Source: Octopus bimaculoides
Taxonomy: Eukaryota
Length of the DNA stretch: 37,311 nucleotides
Reading direction: 5' to 3'
NCBI RefSeq assembly: GCF_001194135.2
Contig: NC_068997.1
Coordinates: 38,229,934 to 38,267,244, forward strand
Position numbers and translations under genes: made by a program. Of the stretch, positions 24,267 to 37,081 are shown in pieces. Every line of letters begins with the position of its first letter. Positions within the stretch are counted from its first letter, which is position 1. The notes under the pieces were generated by a model. The model saw only the letters and a program-made list of their open reading frames with translations, was not told where the DNA came from and searched no databases.

Positions 24267-24649
24267 GTTGTTGGCACTCCGTCGCTTCCGACGTCGAGGG
24301 TTCCAGTTGATCCGATCAACGAAACAGCCTGCTCGTGAAATTAACGTGCAAGTGGCTGAGCATCCACAGACACGTGTACCCTTAACGTAGTTCTCGGGGA
24401 TGTTCAGTGTGACACAGTGTGACAAGGCTGACCCTTTGAATTACAGGCACAACAGAAACAGGAAGTAAGAGTGAGAGAAAGCTGTAGTGAAAGAGTACAG
24501 CAGGGTTCGCCACCATCCCCTGCCGGAGCCTCGTGAAGCTTTAGGTGTTTTCGCTCAATAAACACTCACAACGCCCGGTCTGGGAATCAAAACCGCGATC
24601 CTATGACCGCGAGTCCGCTGCCCTAACCACTGGGCCATTGCGCCTCCAC
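24267..24649 (-). mobile_element. tRNA(Arg-like)-derived SINE family 2, about 383 bp, full length, inserted in (ACAT)n
   Basis: Minus-strand head GTGGAGGCGCAATGGCCCAGTGGTTAGGGCAGCGGACTCGCGGTC..GGTTTTGATTCCC (A-box, anticodon-like arm, B-box) and a CAACAAC tail. GC-rich against the flanks. Confidence 0.85.
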
Positions 24650-24944
24650 ATACATACATACATACATAAATACATACATACATACATAAATACATACATA
24701 CATACATATGTAGTTATACACATCTCTACAGAAGTACTAGCATACCGAGCCAAATGAGCGGGTCTTTATATCTCTCCATATTGCAGTAAAGTGAGTGACT
24801 GAAGAGTCAGTATCATGCTATCCACTTATTTATGCTTCGTTAATTGACGTGATTCTATAGTATTTTCTTCTGGTTCATGGATAAATTATTGCTGTCTAGT
24901 TATTTGCATTCTGGTTATCAATTTATTCGGAATTATTACGGAAG

Positions 24945-26118
24945 AATCTGAAGGATTTGAAAAATATGTTTACCTTAGGATATTACGCTTTCACTTCTCC
25001 GATTAAGTAATCTATTGTCTACTAGGATTATTCCGAGACCATCCATTGTGCGAAGCCTACAATCTTTTTTTTAGTGCTAATGTATGCAGGTGCTGTTGCG
25101 ATGGTACTGTATGGCATTTTAAGACTAGTACCTTTAGATTTTAAACCTTATGTACAGGCAGCTAGTGAAGTTGCATTAAACGTATGTCTATGCATAGTAA
25201 AGTGACATTTAAATATACTTGACGAAGAACCGGTGTAATATCTATTGTCAGCTAGCGTTACGACATTGCATTTACATACTACATTGCGTAGAAACACTTA
25301 TCTTCGAAGGAATAGTTAATGGCTATTCACAGTTACATGTGTGTGTGGATTCTTGGCTTAAAATTCCACAGGTTTTAGAGTTGTAGAATTCCTCTTACTG
25401 TTAATTAAGTTCTTTCGTCCATCTGCTTTAGTGCTTTGACTGTTACTTTTAGAGTGTATATAACTTTCATGTTAGAGTACATAGAATAATTCACAATTCC
25501 TGGTAATTTGAAATATAAAGATTTTTCAATATGGAAAGGTGTAGTTTTATCTCTCTTAGTAGAGTGATTTTGTTATAAAGGTTCAAATCAGCGATTTCTC
25601 TGTTTACAAAAGAGCTAGATTTATGTTTCATGGTAGAATTATTAAATTAATTATTATTACCTCGATGTTATCATCTCTAATTAAATTACTAAATATAGAT
25701 TGTTCTAACGTTAGATGAGCGTGAAGATTTCTATCTAGATTAAGATTTGCAGTATTATATATATAACAAAGAGTGAAAGAGAAGAATGAGAGATATTGTT
25801 TCACGGTCAGTAGAGGGATTTTGTTTGGGGTATTTGTTAATTATATGAGAAGCCTTTTTCTGTAAAATTTGGTGTCATAGAGAAGGAGAATCTTATCATG
25901 CATCGATTGATAATGCTACATCGTTTTCAGTCAGAAAGTCTTGTTTGTAAGTTTAAAGAAGTAGCCACATCTTTTGTGTAAAGAGCGTTATACCAACTTA
26001 CATTTTTTTTATTTTCTGGGTTTTCTTAGGATTAGTTATATCCTAGGGTATTTGATTCGCAGAAATGATCTTTCTATGATGTTTATGGATTTTGATGTGA
26101 CCGTGTTTTTAGAATTAC
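24945..26118 (-). mobile_element. Penelope-like element, 3' half (post-RT region and GIY-YIG)
   Basis: WYNALYTKDVATSL..IINRCMIRFSFSMTPNF (equivalent to WFNPPY..VKISYSCMPN); TCNCE..NVVCKC..YYTGSSSSIFK..MHRHTF..LKSKG. Many stops. Confidence 0.7.
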
Positions 26119-26251
26119 TACAAGAGGTTTATAGACTAAATTTATCATCTATTTTAGATGTATGTATGTATGTATGATTAGCAAATTTATAGAAAAACCC
26201 ACTAGAAATCTGCACACTCGAAACACCTTGATCCTGCCTACAAGGTAAGTC

Positions 26252-27018
26252 GGATCTTTTCTGTTTTGCTGTAGCCGTGGAAATTTCAAAGTTTCTTGAA
26301 AATTTTAAAATTTGGTGCATTAATTTAGATTTCCAAACTGAATCTCAGGAGATATTTCACTTTTCCAGAATTTTTTTTTTCTTAATATTATAGAGGCTTT
26401 CATTAAAGTTCGCCCAGTCACGAAACATGATTTGACAGCTGCATTTTGTGCGTGACGTGTTTCAGTATGAAACTGTAAATAAATCAACATCTGCTTTCCG
26501 CATGACATGTAACTCCTCGTAGCTTTAATATATTTTTGAAATTTTCAGAAAATATTTGCGAATTTATATTCTACACTCGAAAATTCATGCGATTATACAA
26601 ATACCAAAAAGAAAATTGGGGGTGCATGATTTGAGGACTATTTGGATATGATTTTTGGCACATCTCTCGACCAGGGTACAAGCAGTAGATGGGCACAAGC
26701 AGCAGAACACAGCGTCGACGCACATGCTTTCACGTAGAATATATGTGTTAACACGTGCTATCTCGTAGACAAAAGAGTTCTCATATTTGGCTTGTTACTA
26801 TGGAAACAGGCACAGATGTGTCTGTGGCTTACGAATGATTAAAATTACCCAAAATTTGCTAACTTTAAAAGCTAATAACTCTATATCTATTGATTTATGG
26901 CGAAAATGAATTTCATGGCATTGATTGGCATATAAAGCAACATCATTACATCGAATATGAAATCAATTCGAACAGGAATTAAAGCGATTGAAAATTAGCA
27001 GCCAAACAGAAAAGATCT
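26252..27018. mobile_element. Non-autonomous DNA transposon, 767 bp, 20-bp TIRs, 8-bp TSD GGTAAGTC
   Basis: TSD at 26244-26251 and 27019-27026. Left TIR GGATCTTTTCTGTTTTGCTG versus reverse complement of the right end AGATCTTTTCTGTTTGGCTG (18/20). Confidence 0.8.
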
Positions 27019-27273
27019 GGTAAGTCATATAAACAAAAAGTTGGAGTAGCCATAGGTTTTCCTGATGACCTACAATCGCAAAGTTCTATCTAACAAGAAT
27101 AAAAAGCAAAATAATACCTAAACGCAAATTTAGTATACACTAGATTTGTTGACAATTTACTACGTGTATTTGGGAGACCGAAAAACATCAAGAATAAAGG
27201 TAAGACCTAGAGAGCAACTAAATTTTAAAACCCGAAACAATTCTAAAATGATTCCATTTCTAAATATGATATT

Positions 27274-27464
27274 GGTTTCAAATTTTTTCATAAGACCAGC
27301 AATTTCGGAAGAAAGGTAAGTCGATTACATCAGCTCCAGTACTCAACTGGTACTTATTTTATCGACCTCGAAAGAATGAAAAGCAAAATCTACTACGGCA
27401 GAATTTGAACTCGGGACGGAGCATTTTGTACGGTGCGGCAACGATTCTGCCAACCCGCCGCCTT
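27274..27464 (-). mobile_element. SINE family 1 with a small internal deletion
   Basis: Family alignment; head AAGGCGGCGGGTTGGCAGAATCG. Confidence 0.85.
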
Positions 27465-28134
27465 GCTTTTAGATATAAACATTCAGATTAAAAGAAAAGA
27501 AACTATAGAAGCATTACGCTAACCATACAAACAAATACATATGCCTACGCGGTGGTCGCGAATGCCCATATAGCTATGAAATATCAATGAGAAAATCGTT
27601 GCTTAAAATAGGATCTATTTTCTTTTCCACAAAATTCACATAATTAAACAAACACCACTTAACAAGGAATATGCAAACAGAACAAGTTACTGGTGAATAT
27701 TGACAGAAATGCAATGCAACAAATACATCAAACATTACTCCAATTAAAATTACGCAAATTACAAGGAAAGTGTGTAACGTGTGTATTATATGAATTACTT
27801 AGAAAATCTCCTAAAATGAAACTCAAAATTCGGTCACAACAGACCATAAACTGACATTAACAATATATTACAAAATCTCAAAGAGCCAAAATCTCCATAA
27901 CAATAACATAGTTAAGCGTCGAAACCCAAAAGCGAATTATAAATGACTAATAAAATTTTAAAATTCGACTGCAAAAGTGTAATTTGCATGATTCATCATC
28001 TAACTCACATTAGTCGCACAGCACAAACACTCTCTAGTAGGCTCCCCCTTACACACACGATAGCGAGAAATTGTAACACACAACACTTCACATCGTAGAG
28101 CATTGCGAAACAAAGTTATGTGTAAAAATATTGA

Positions 28135-28346
28135 TTCCAAATTTTGGCAGAAGGCCAGCAATTTCGGGGGAGGAGGTAAGTCAGTTACATCGATCCCAGT
28201 GCTTAACTGGTACTTTTTTTATCGACCACGAAAGGCTGAAGTGCAAAGTCGACCTCGGCAGAATTTGAACTCAGAATATGAGGACGGACGAAATACCGCT
28301 AAGCATTTTGCCCAACGTGCTAACGATTCGGCCAGCGAACCGCCTT
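28135..28346 (-). mobile_element. SINE family 1, full length
   Basis: Complete from head (AAGGCGGTTCGCTGGCCGAATCGTTAGC), through B-box GTTCAAATTC, to tail. Confidence 0.9.
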
Positions 28347-28366
28347 GTTACGCGTAAAAATATTAG

Positions 28367-28544
28367 TTTCAAATTTTGGCACAAAACTCAACTCCAGTGT
28401 TTCACTGATACTTATTTTATTGACCCTCAAAAGATGAAAGGCAAAATCAACCTCGGTGGAATTTGAACTCAGATCGCAAAGCCGGACGAAATACCGCTAA
28501 GCATTTCGACCGGCACTGTAATATTTCTGCCAGCACGCTACCTT
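28367..28544 (-). mobile_element. SINE family 1, adjacent second copy with deletion
   Basis: Starts 20 bp after the previous copy and lacks about 40 bp of the 3' part. Confidence 0.85.
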
Positions 28545-29350
28545 ACATGTTAAAATAGTAACAGAAGATACGTCTATACTATACAGAATGACGAATAAAA
28601 ATTGAAGTATTTAAGGAAGTAACATGCATGCAACAACACATCATATCACAACAAACATAAATAAGCTAAGCGATTGATGACGTATAACTCTAACGACCAA
28701 AATACCAGCCTGATGATATGGAAATCTAATTCTGGAGGTAAAATTTGCATATGTAAAGTCGCATAGTACAGAAGCAAACACCAGTTCACACGCTAATAGT
28801 AAGACTGGGATAGTTTGAAATCCAATATGTGTGTGTACATACATACATATATATNNNNNNNNNNNNNNNNNNNNNNNNNNNNNNNNNNNNNNNNNNNNNN
28901 NNNNNNNNNNNNNNNNNNNNNNNNNNNNNNNNNNNNNNNNNNNNNNNNNNNNNNNNNNNNNNNNNNNNNNNNNNNNNNNNNNNNNNNNNNNNNNNNNNNN
29001 NNNNNNNNNNNNNNNNNNNNNNNNNNNNNNNNNNNNNNNNNNNNNNNNNNNNNNNNNNNNNNNNNNNNNNNNNNNNNNNNNNNNNNNNNNNNNNNNNNNN
29101 NNNNNNNNNNNNNNNNNNNNNNNNNNNNNNNNNNNNNNNNNNNNNNNNNNNNNNNNNNNNNNNNNNNNNNNNNNNNNNNNNNNNNNNNNNNNNNNNNNNN
29201 NNNNNNNNNNNNNNNNNNNNNNNNNNNNNNNNNNNNNNNNNNNNNNNNNNNNNNNNNNNNNNNNNNNNNNNNNNNNNNNNNNNNNNNNNNNNNNNNNNNN
29301 NNNNNNNNNNNNNNNNNNNNNNNNNNNNNNNNNNNNNNNNNNNNNNNNNN

Positions 29351-29396
<46 letters not shown>

Positions 29397-29452
29397 TTGC
29401 AATGATTTTTCAGGTGAGCGGTATCGATTTAACAAAGCTTTAAATAATAATA

Positions 29453-29703
29453 ATATTTTATAAGCTTAAAGCTCATAAGCCATCACCGTGCTTTGACTAA
29501 GGTAAATAATCTTATATTGGGGTGTATAAGCCCTCGACAGGAAAAAGTAGGGTTATGCATACTTGTCGCGAAAACATGGAGGTGTGCGTTCGAATCCCAC
29601 GCATACGGACAACCCTACTTTTGCGTCGAAGGCTTATCTGCCCCAATATTACACTATTTACCTTAATCAATACACGGTAATGACTTATAAGCTTATAAAA
29701 TAT
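29453..29703. mobile_element. Foldback/MITE-like element, about 95-100-bp inverted arms, with a tRNA-like B-box in the loop
   Basis: 29453-29554 is an imperfect reverse complement of 29611-29703 (roughly 75-80%). The loop contains GGAGGTGTGCGTTCGAATCCCAC. Confidence 0.8.
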
Positions 29704-29746
29704 CATTATTATTATTTACAGATATATATACATTTATATACATATA

Positions 29747-29840
29747 CGAGGGGATGAAGGGCAGTTCCTGGATTTGGGTGAAGAAAATACAGGAAGATCA
29801 GTTAATTATGATTTCGTTCAATGTATTCACCTCTCAGTTA
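29747..29840 (+). mobile_element. Terminal fragment of a mariner-type element, cut off by (TA)n and a gap
   Basis: TA followed by CGAGGGGATG..AGTTCCTGG, a typical mariner TIR start. Confidence 0.55.
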
Positions 29841-30774
29841 TACATATATATNNNNNNNNNNNNNNNNNNNNNNNNNNNNNNNNNNNNNNNNNNNNNNNNN
29901 NNNNNNNNNNNNNNNNNNNNNNNNNNNNNNNNNNNNNNNNNNNNNNNNNNNNNNNNNNNNNNNNNNNNNNNNNNNNNNNNNNNNNNNNNNNNNNNNNNNN
30001 NNNNNNNNNNNNNNNNNNNNNNNNNNNNNNNNNNNNNNNNNNNNNNNNNNNNNNNNNNNNNNNNNNNNNNNNNNNNNNNNNNNNNNNNNNNNNNNNNNNN
30101 NNNNNNNNNNNNNNNNNNNNNNNNNNNNNNNNNNNNNNNNNNNNNNNNNNNNNNNNNNNNNNNNNNNNNNNNNNNNNNNNNNNNNNNNNNNNNNNNNNNN
30201 NNNNNNNNNNNNNNNNNNNNNNNNNNNNNNNNNNNNNNNNNNNNNNNNNNNNNNNNNNNNNNNNNNNNNNNNNNNNNNNNNNNNNNNNNNNNNNNNNNNN
30301 NNNNNNNNNNNNNNNNNNNNNNNNNNNNNNNNNNNATATATATATATATATATATACATCGTACATTTAACCCTAGAAGCATCGAAGTATTTTACGTTAT
30401 TTTAATCTTTTACTAGCCTAAAAACCGCACTCCGTGCACACTTTTATGCTGGCTCCTGGGCCCAAAACCGAAAAGAGCAATAATAATAAAGTATTTATTG
30501 GTACCCTACCAATTCAGTTTACATGAAAAACTTGTAAGTTTATAAATTTTGGGAGTTCTTTTACAATTTGAATTTCCAACTGTTAGCATATAACAGATCC
30601 TTATCCAGACCTTACTCCAATGCTGGATGTTCAAGAACCAAATGAAGGGCAGATTTTCCATTCCAGGATCATCCTGATTCTAAAAAGGTATATGTCTATG
30701 TAGAGCAAATGTAGACTGAGATACAGGGGTCCCTGACGGAAAGACAAAATTTCGAGTTTATTATTATACATTAT

Positions 30775-30990
30775 CTTTTACATGTTTCAGTATTTGGACT
30801 GCGGACATGCCGGGACACCACCTTCCTTGAAGAATTTTTAGTCAAACAAATCGACTCAGTACTTTCTAAGTCTGGTACTTATTCTACCGGTTTCTTTTGC
30901 CGAATCGCTAATTTATAGGAACGTAAACAAATCAATCCCGGTTGTTAAGTAGTGGTGGGGGTACAAACTCATACACAAAGCCACACACAT
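30775..30990. mobile_element. Dispersed SINE-like repeat ending in a CA-rich tail
   Basis: Contains gtc.aacaaatcgac..ctggtacttattct, similar to the family 1 core. Recognised as a common octopus-type repeat; class not established. Confidence 0.5.
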
Positions 30991-30991
30991 A

Positions 30992-31865
30992 CCAGATGCG
31001 TTCAAAAAGTACCCGACTTTATATTTTCCGCCAAAGCTAACGCCGAGTGGGCAAAATCCCTTTGGTGGGAGGTGACGCTAACCTTCTTGCGCATATGTGC
31101 CTTCCTGCGCATATGTGCCAGTAGGCCTTGTCAGTTCCCGGCTGTTACGCCTAGAGAACAGACGTGTAGTGCACGCTCATCAGATTTTCGTTCTCATGCA
31201 AGATGACCGAACACATCGAGCAGAGACCACAAACCCATATCCTATCACCACTGATGATGGTCTTCGTGAAGTCTGGGTCGTGCATCTTCCTGAGCGATTT
31301 CCATGCAGAGCTGCCAGGAACGAATTTCGCCTGCATTCCCCGTATGCACAAATCTTACGTTAAAATGGAACACACTGATCATGTGCTTATTCCCACTTCG
31401 GTAGCAATTTCCTGGACGGCCTTCCATGACTACTCGCCGAGCTTTCTCAATCGGCTTTTCATTTCGACTTGTGGATGGCCTGCCTGAGCGTGCCTCGCTC
31501 TCCGCTGAGGTGAGGCTGTGTTTGAAATGGTTGTACCAATCCTTGGCCTGAGTTTTGCCCGTGGCATCATCGCCAAAGGTCTGCTGAATATTCTAGATGA
31601 ATTGAGCTTGAGTATCAACAAGCTTTTGGCAAAACTTGATGCAATAACTCTGCTCGATGCGTTCGTTAAAACGAAAATCCGACGACTGCGCACTATACGT
31701 CTGTGCTCTATGCGTAACAGCTGTAAACTGATGGGACCTACCGCCGCAAAAATTTTCACTCGTGCGCAGGAAGGGTGACGTTACCTCCCACTTGAAGGAT
31801 TTTGCCCACACAGCATTAGTTTTGAAGGGAGAAAATATAGTCGAATACTTTTTGAATGCATCTCG
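30992..31865 (-). mobile_element. Non-autonomous mariner derivative with about 220-235-bp inverted ends, TA-flanked
   Basis: TA at 30990-30991 and 31866-31867; arms 30992-31225 and 31648-31865. Minus-strand transposase NERIEQSYCIKFCQKL..RSGRPSTSRN..QAKFVPG..TIISGDRIWVCG, which then stops. Confidence 0.9.
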
Positions 31866-31883
31866 TAAATATATACACATGCA

Positions 31884-31930
31884 TATATACGACGGGCCTC
31901 TTTCAGTTTCCGTCGACCAAATCCACACAC
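31884..31930 (-). mobile_element. 3' fragment of SINE family 3
   Basis: Reverse complement of the 3' end of the 37082-37246 copy (gtggattt..gacggaa.ctg.aaga.g.ccgtc). Confidence 0.75.
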
Positions 31931-32420
31931 AATTAAAGTTGGAAAAAGTCAGCAAGATCATGAAAGGCACATAGCAATTTGAGACATTGAAAATTATACT
32001 TATGAGAGCAAAATTTCGTAAACAAATCTCGAACGCCATTATTACTAATTATGGGGGACAAAACTGTACATACTCGTGTTTCACTAAGGCTCAAAGTCTA
32101 AGTTTAAAAATTGACAGAACTTTAGAGTAAACACATGTTTATTTGTAAGTCACAGAATTTAATCAATAGATCTGTGGAAAACTAACTCGAGCAACACGAA
32201 TTGTGACTTCGTAGATGTATAACTCTACATCAAGTCAGTTACGAGAATACAAGCAAAGTTCCGATATGTGGGCATAGCATTACGTGGCAGGAACAGATCT
32301 ATGTAATTTCATAATACTTCCGATTTATATGAGCACAGATTCAATTATGGAGCCTACGATGCATCAACAAAAATGACATGTATTTAGTAGTATAAGCCGC
32401 CCGTACACATTTGGTAAGTG

Positions 32421-33985
<1,565 letters not shown>

Positions 33986-34053
33986 GATAAATTCCTCTAT
34001 TTACATAATATCGAGGTCTCTTTCATTCTTTTGCTGTCTTACCATTTCTATCA

Positions 34054-34084
<31 letters not shown>

Positions 34085-34212
34085 CACATAATGTACGTAT
34101 GTACGTAGGTATGTATGTATAAATGTATGTGCGTATGTAAGAAAACAAATGACGAAGGCAGGTGAGGGAACAAGCAAGTCTGTTAGTTTGACGCTCGGGA
34201 AGAATGGAAAAG

Positions 34213-34251
34213 TCTTTGACTTTCCAAGCCTACGCTCTTCGACAGAAAGGA
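34213..34251 (-). ncRNA. Degenerate minimal type-I hammerhead ribozyme motif (in a probable PLE-terminal repeat, about 34140-34330)
   Basis: Minus strand: UCCUUU-CUGUCGA-A-GAGC-GUAG-GCUU-GGAAA-GUC-AAAGA. Stem I CUUU/AAAG, stem II GAGC/GCUU, GUC triplet. Core deviations at A6, A13 and 15.2. Confidence 0.55.
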
Positions 34252-34331
34252 TTGAGATGGAAAAAATGGAGAGAGAACGAATAGAAGCTAAGAGACAAAA
34301 AATGTATAGGGATTAATGGTTCAGCATGATG

Positions 34332-34365
<34 letters not shown>

Positions 34366-34407
34366 TGTATGTATGCATGTATAATAGAAAGGTTTATTAT
34401 TATCATT

Positions 34408-34576
34408 GGGGCTTAGTCGATTACATCGACCCTAGCGTTCAATTGAACTTATTTCATCGACACCGAAAAGATGAAAGGTAAAATCGACCCCGGCGGAATT
34501 TGAATCCACAACGAGAAGACGGACGAAATGCCGCTGAGCAGCTTGCCCGACGTGCAACGATATTGCCAGCTCACCG
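34408..34576 (-). mobile_element. SINE family 1, first of a tandem pair
   Basis: Family alignment; 3' end truncated. Confidence 0.85.
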
Positions 34577-34587
34577 ATAATAATAAT

Positions 34588-34797
34588 GGTTTTAAATTTT
34601 GCCTCAAGGGCAGCAATTTTGGGGGGGAGGTTAAATCGATTACATTGACCCCAGTGTTCAACTGGTACTTATTTTATCGACCCCGAAAGGGTGAAAGGCA
34701 AAGTTGATCTCTGCGGAATTTGAATCCACAACGTGAAGATAGACGAAATGGTGCTAAGCAGTTTACCCGATGTGCAAACGGTATTGCCAGATTGCCG
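34588..34797 (-). mobile_element. SINE family 1, second of a tandem pair
   Basis: Full length; (AAT)n on both sides. Confidence 0.85.
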
Positions 34798-35959
34798 ACT
34801 TAATAATGATAATAATAATAATAATAATATTGGATTTTTTTCTTCGATATTGATGTATGAGATTTTAACAGAATAGTTTTACTTTCGTATTAGCTCAGAT
34901 GCTTATGACTCTAATGAAGCTTTAACCCAGCCAACGATTTATAGACAACTCCACAGATTGGATAAAAGAAAAGATGGTCATACAAAGCTACTATCATATA
35001 TGTGTGTGAGTTTGTGTTTGTTTTTATGTGTGTGAGAGTGTGTGTCTGTGTATGTGTGTATGTGTGCACAACACTCCAAATACATGTAGACAAATGCATG
35101 CCTATAAATATGTATATGCATTATATGAATATATATATATATATATATATTAAAAGTCTATGAATTAAGTTTACTCTGAAATGTTAATATGAACGGGATG
35201 AAACAAGTTTCGCGTAAATCGGAGCAGTAGTTATTGAGATATTCGGGGTTTGGGGCTATAAATTCCCTCCCAAAACGGTGCATTTATGGGAAAATGTTTC
35301 GAATATAACTTCATCCTGAAGGGGAAGAAACTCTATCCTTTCGATTAGACTGATTTAACAATGAAAAAATAACGATTTGGTTTTTTTTACAGTAAATGTT
35401 CCTTTTTTCGCTTTTTTAAAACACAGTATTTTAAACATTTAGAAATATTTCTAAGTGATATTTTAGCTTTCTTCAAACAGACACTATTTTAATGTTTTTT
35501 TTTTAAATATTATTTTCAAGTCAATACAATTACAAAACTTTTTTGGCATATTAAAAAAAAATACTTTAAAGTAAAAATGATTTTTAAAATACGGTAAATT
35601 TTTCATAAAAGACTCGTTCGTAACCTCGGTGTGAAATAGTTTTTGTTTTCATAGGTTTTTTTCGGGTGCATTCAACGTATCTCCCCTCCAAAGATTTTGG
35701 CTGCTATTTCTAGTATGCCCTGCTACCACTTAACAGCTAATTGCGATAAAGGACCTGAAATACCTGGTACGTGGTAGCAGCAGGGTGTGCAAGAAATAAC
35801 ACCTAAATCTTTCTTTCGCGGGGTAAAGGAGCCGCTTACGGGTTATTTCGATGTCACATTCGCTGAAACCATTCGAAATAACCTGGAAAAGAAAAAACCC
35901 ACAAAACTAAACTCCGTTCCCGGTGACCCAACGCGTCACGAGTACACTCGTGTGTATAT

Positions 35960-37065
35960 AGGTTTATAGACCACTGTGTCGATCAGCCTATCGGATGTTG
36001 TCATACTCCACTGGTCACAGTGCTTTTCCAATGCTTAATACTTTCTTGATTATATTCTTCTTTTCCATGTACTTGCCCAAATCGTTTAACGAAATCGTAT
36101 TCCAAGTTTAACGAAATCGTATTCCAAGCGTCGTAGAAGCCTTTCTGATCTCTTGGATACCACTATACCACTCGCCTACTGCACGGTTCTACCTATTAAT
36201 TTTGTGCCATGCGGAACGACTGCTTTCGGCATTTTTGCTACCATTCTTGCCGCTCCCTTCCCGAAATTCCACATTTCGGCTATTCTCTCGCAATGATATC
36301 CCTAGCATGGATTTTTCGCCGGAGGCAGTCGATGTTCTTCCATCTTCGCAACAATCCACGTCGCACGCAGGTAAGACGGTACTATTGAAGTAACGGGCAT
36401 GTAGTGTCTTTGAATACATCATCTGTTGATATCAGCGCCTTCTATCCTGCCCTTATTCTCTTCGAAGTTTCAGTGTCCATGTCTTGGCACATATTGATTG
36501 TGTTCCACATGTGGACATACTTCTTTACTTCCTGGATTTCTTCGCTTCCCACCACTATTTAGCCTTGTGATACCCCTTCAGACTGCATGTGTCTTGTGTC
36601 CATGTAGTACACCTTAAGGCCTACTGTTGAACCATGTTCTGTCGGCACGATCTGCTGCTGATCTGCGGTTTCAATAAGACGATGTCATCTGCGAATAGGA
36701 TGCGTGTTCGTAATTCATCAGTGATGTTCACGCCACCTGTCGAACCAATGTCTCTAACAACCATTTCTAGACATGCGGAGAAGAGTTTTTGGAGAAATAG
36801 TGTCATCTTGTCTGATGCTCTTCTCAATTCTTACTGGCAGAGATAACAGACCCATTTTAGTTGTGCATCTAGGGTTCGCATCCCTGAACAATTCGATGTA
36901 TTGCGACGCTACCTTTGCATTCTTTGAGATTTCAGCACTGTGTTCATCTTGATGCTATCCAAGGCCATTGCGTGGTCGACGGAATCGATGCACCGAAGCA
37001 ACTTGTATTCTTTCCCTCATTCTATAAACTGTGTTAGAGTGAATACAGGCAGGGAAAACTGGAAT
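35960..37065 (-). mobile_element. RTE-1-like LINE, 5'-truncated RT and 3' region
   Basis: EYKLLRCID..ALDSIKMNTVLK; QKLFSACLEMVVRDIG..VNITDELRTRILFADDIVL; YFNSTVLPA..SMLGISLRE..RN. 22-bp tandem duplication at 36085-36128. Confidence 0.85.
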
Positions 37066-37081
37066 GGCCCATCTACTGGAT

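Larger units (their letters stand above)
3662..30335. other. Assembly gaps: 3662-3989, 9643-9652, 15013-15497, 18894-19204, 28855-29350, 29852-30335
   Basis: N runs, mostly bordered by (TA)n. Confidence 0.99.

Noticed and set aside
24570-24649. tRNA gene at the SINE head
   Set aside because: B-box is altered (GTTTTGATTCC), there is no proper acceptor stem, and it continues into a SINE body.
24788-24805. CTGAAGA next to a Penelope end; also TGATGAGAAACGT at about 12508 and CTGATGA at about 28710
   Set aside because: Remaining hammerhead elements (stem II plus GAAA, stem I) are absent.
27990-28100. Minus-strand GTGAGT donor suggesting a first exon
   Set aside because: A lone hexamer with no ORF or promoter support.
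29545-29620. Functional tRNA-Leu
   Set aside because: Only the T-arm portion matches; no D-arm, anticodon arm or A-box, and the T-stem has a C-C mismatch.
35150-35800. AT-rich block that looks like a non-autonomous DNA element, with a short imperfect inverted repeat at about 35706-35798
   Set aside because: Could not define termini, a TSD or a second copy in the window.
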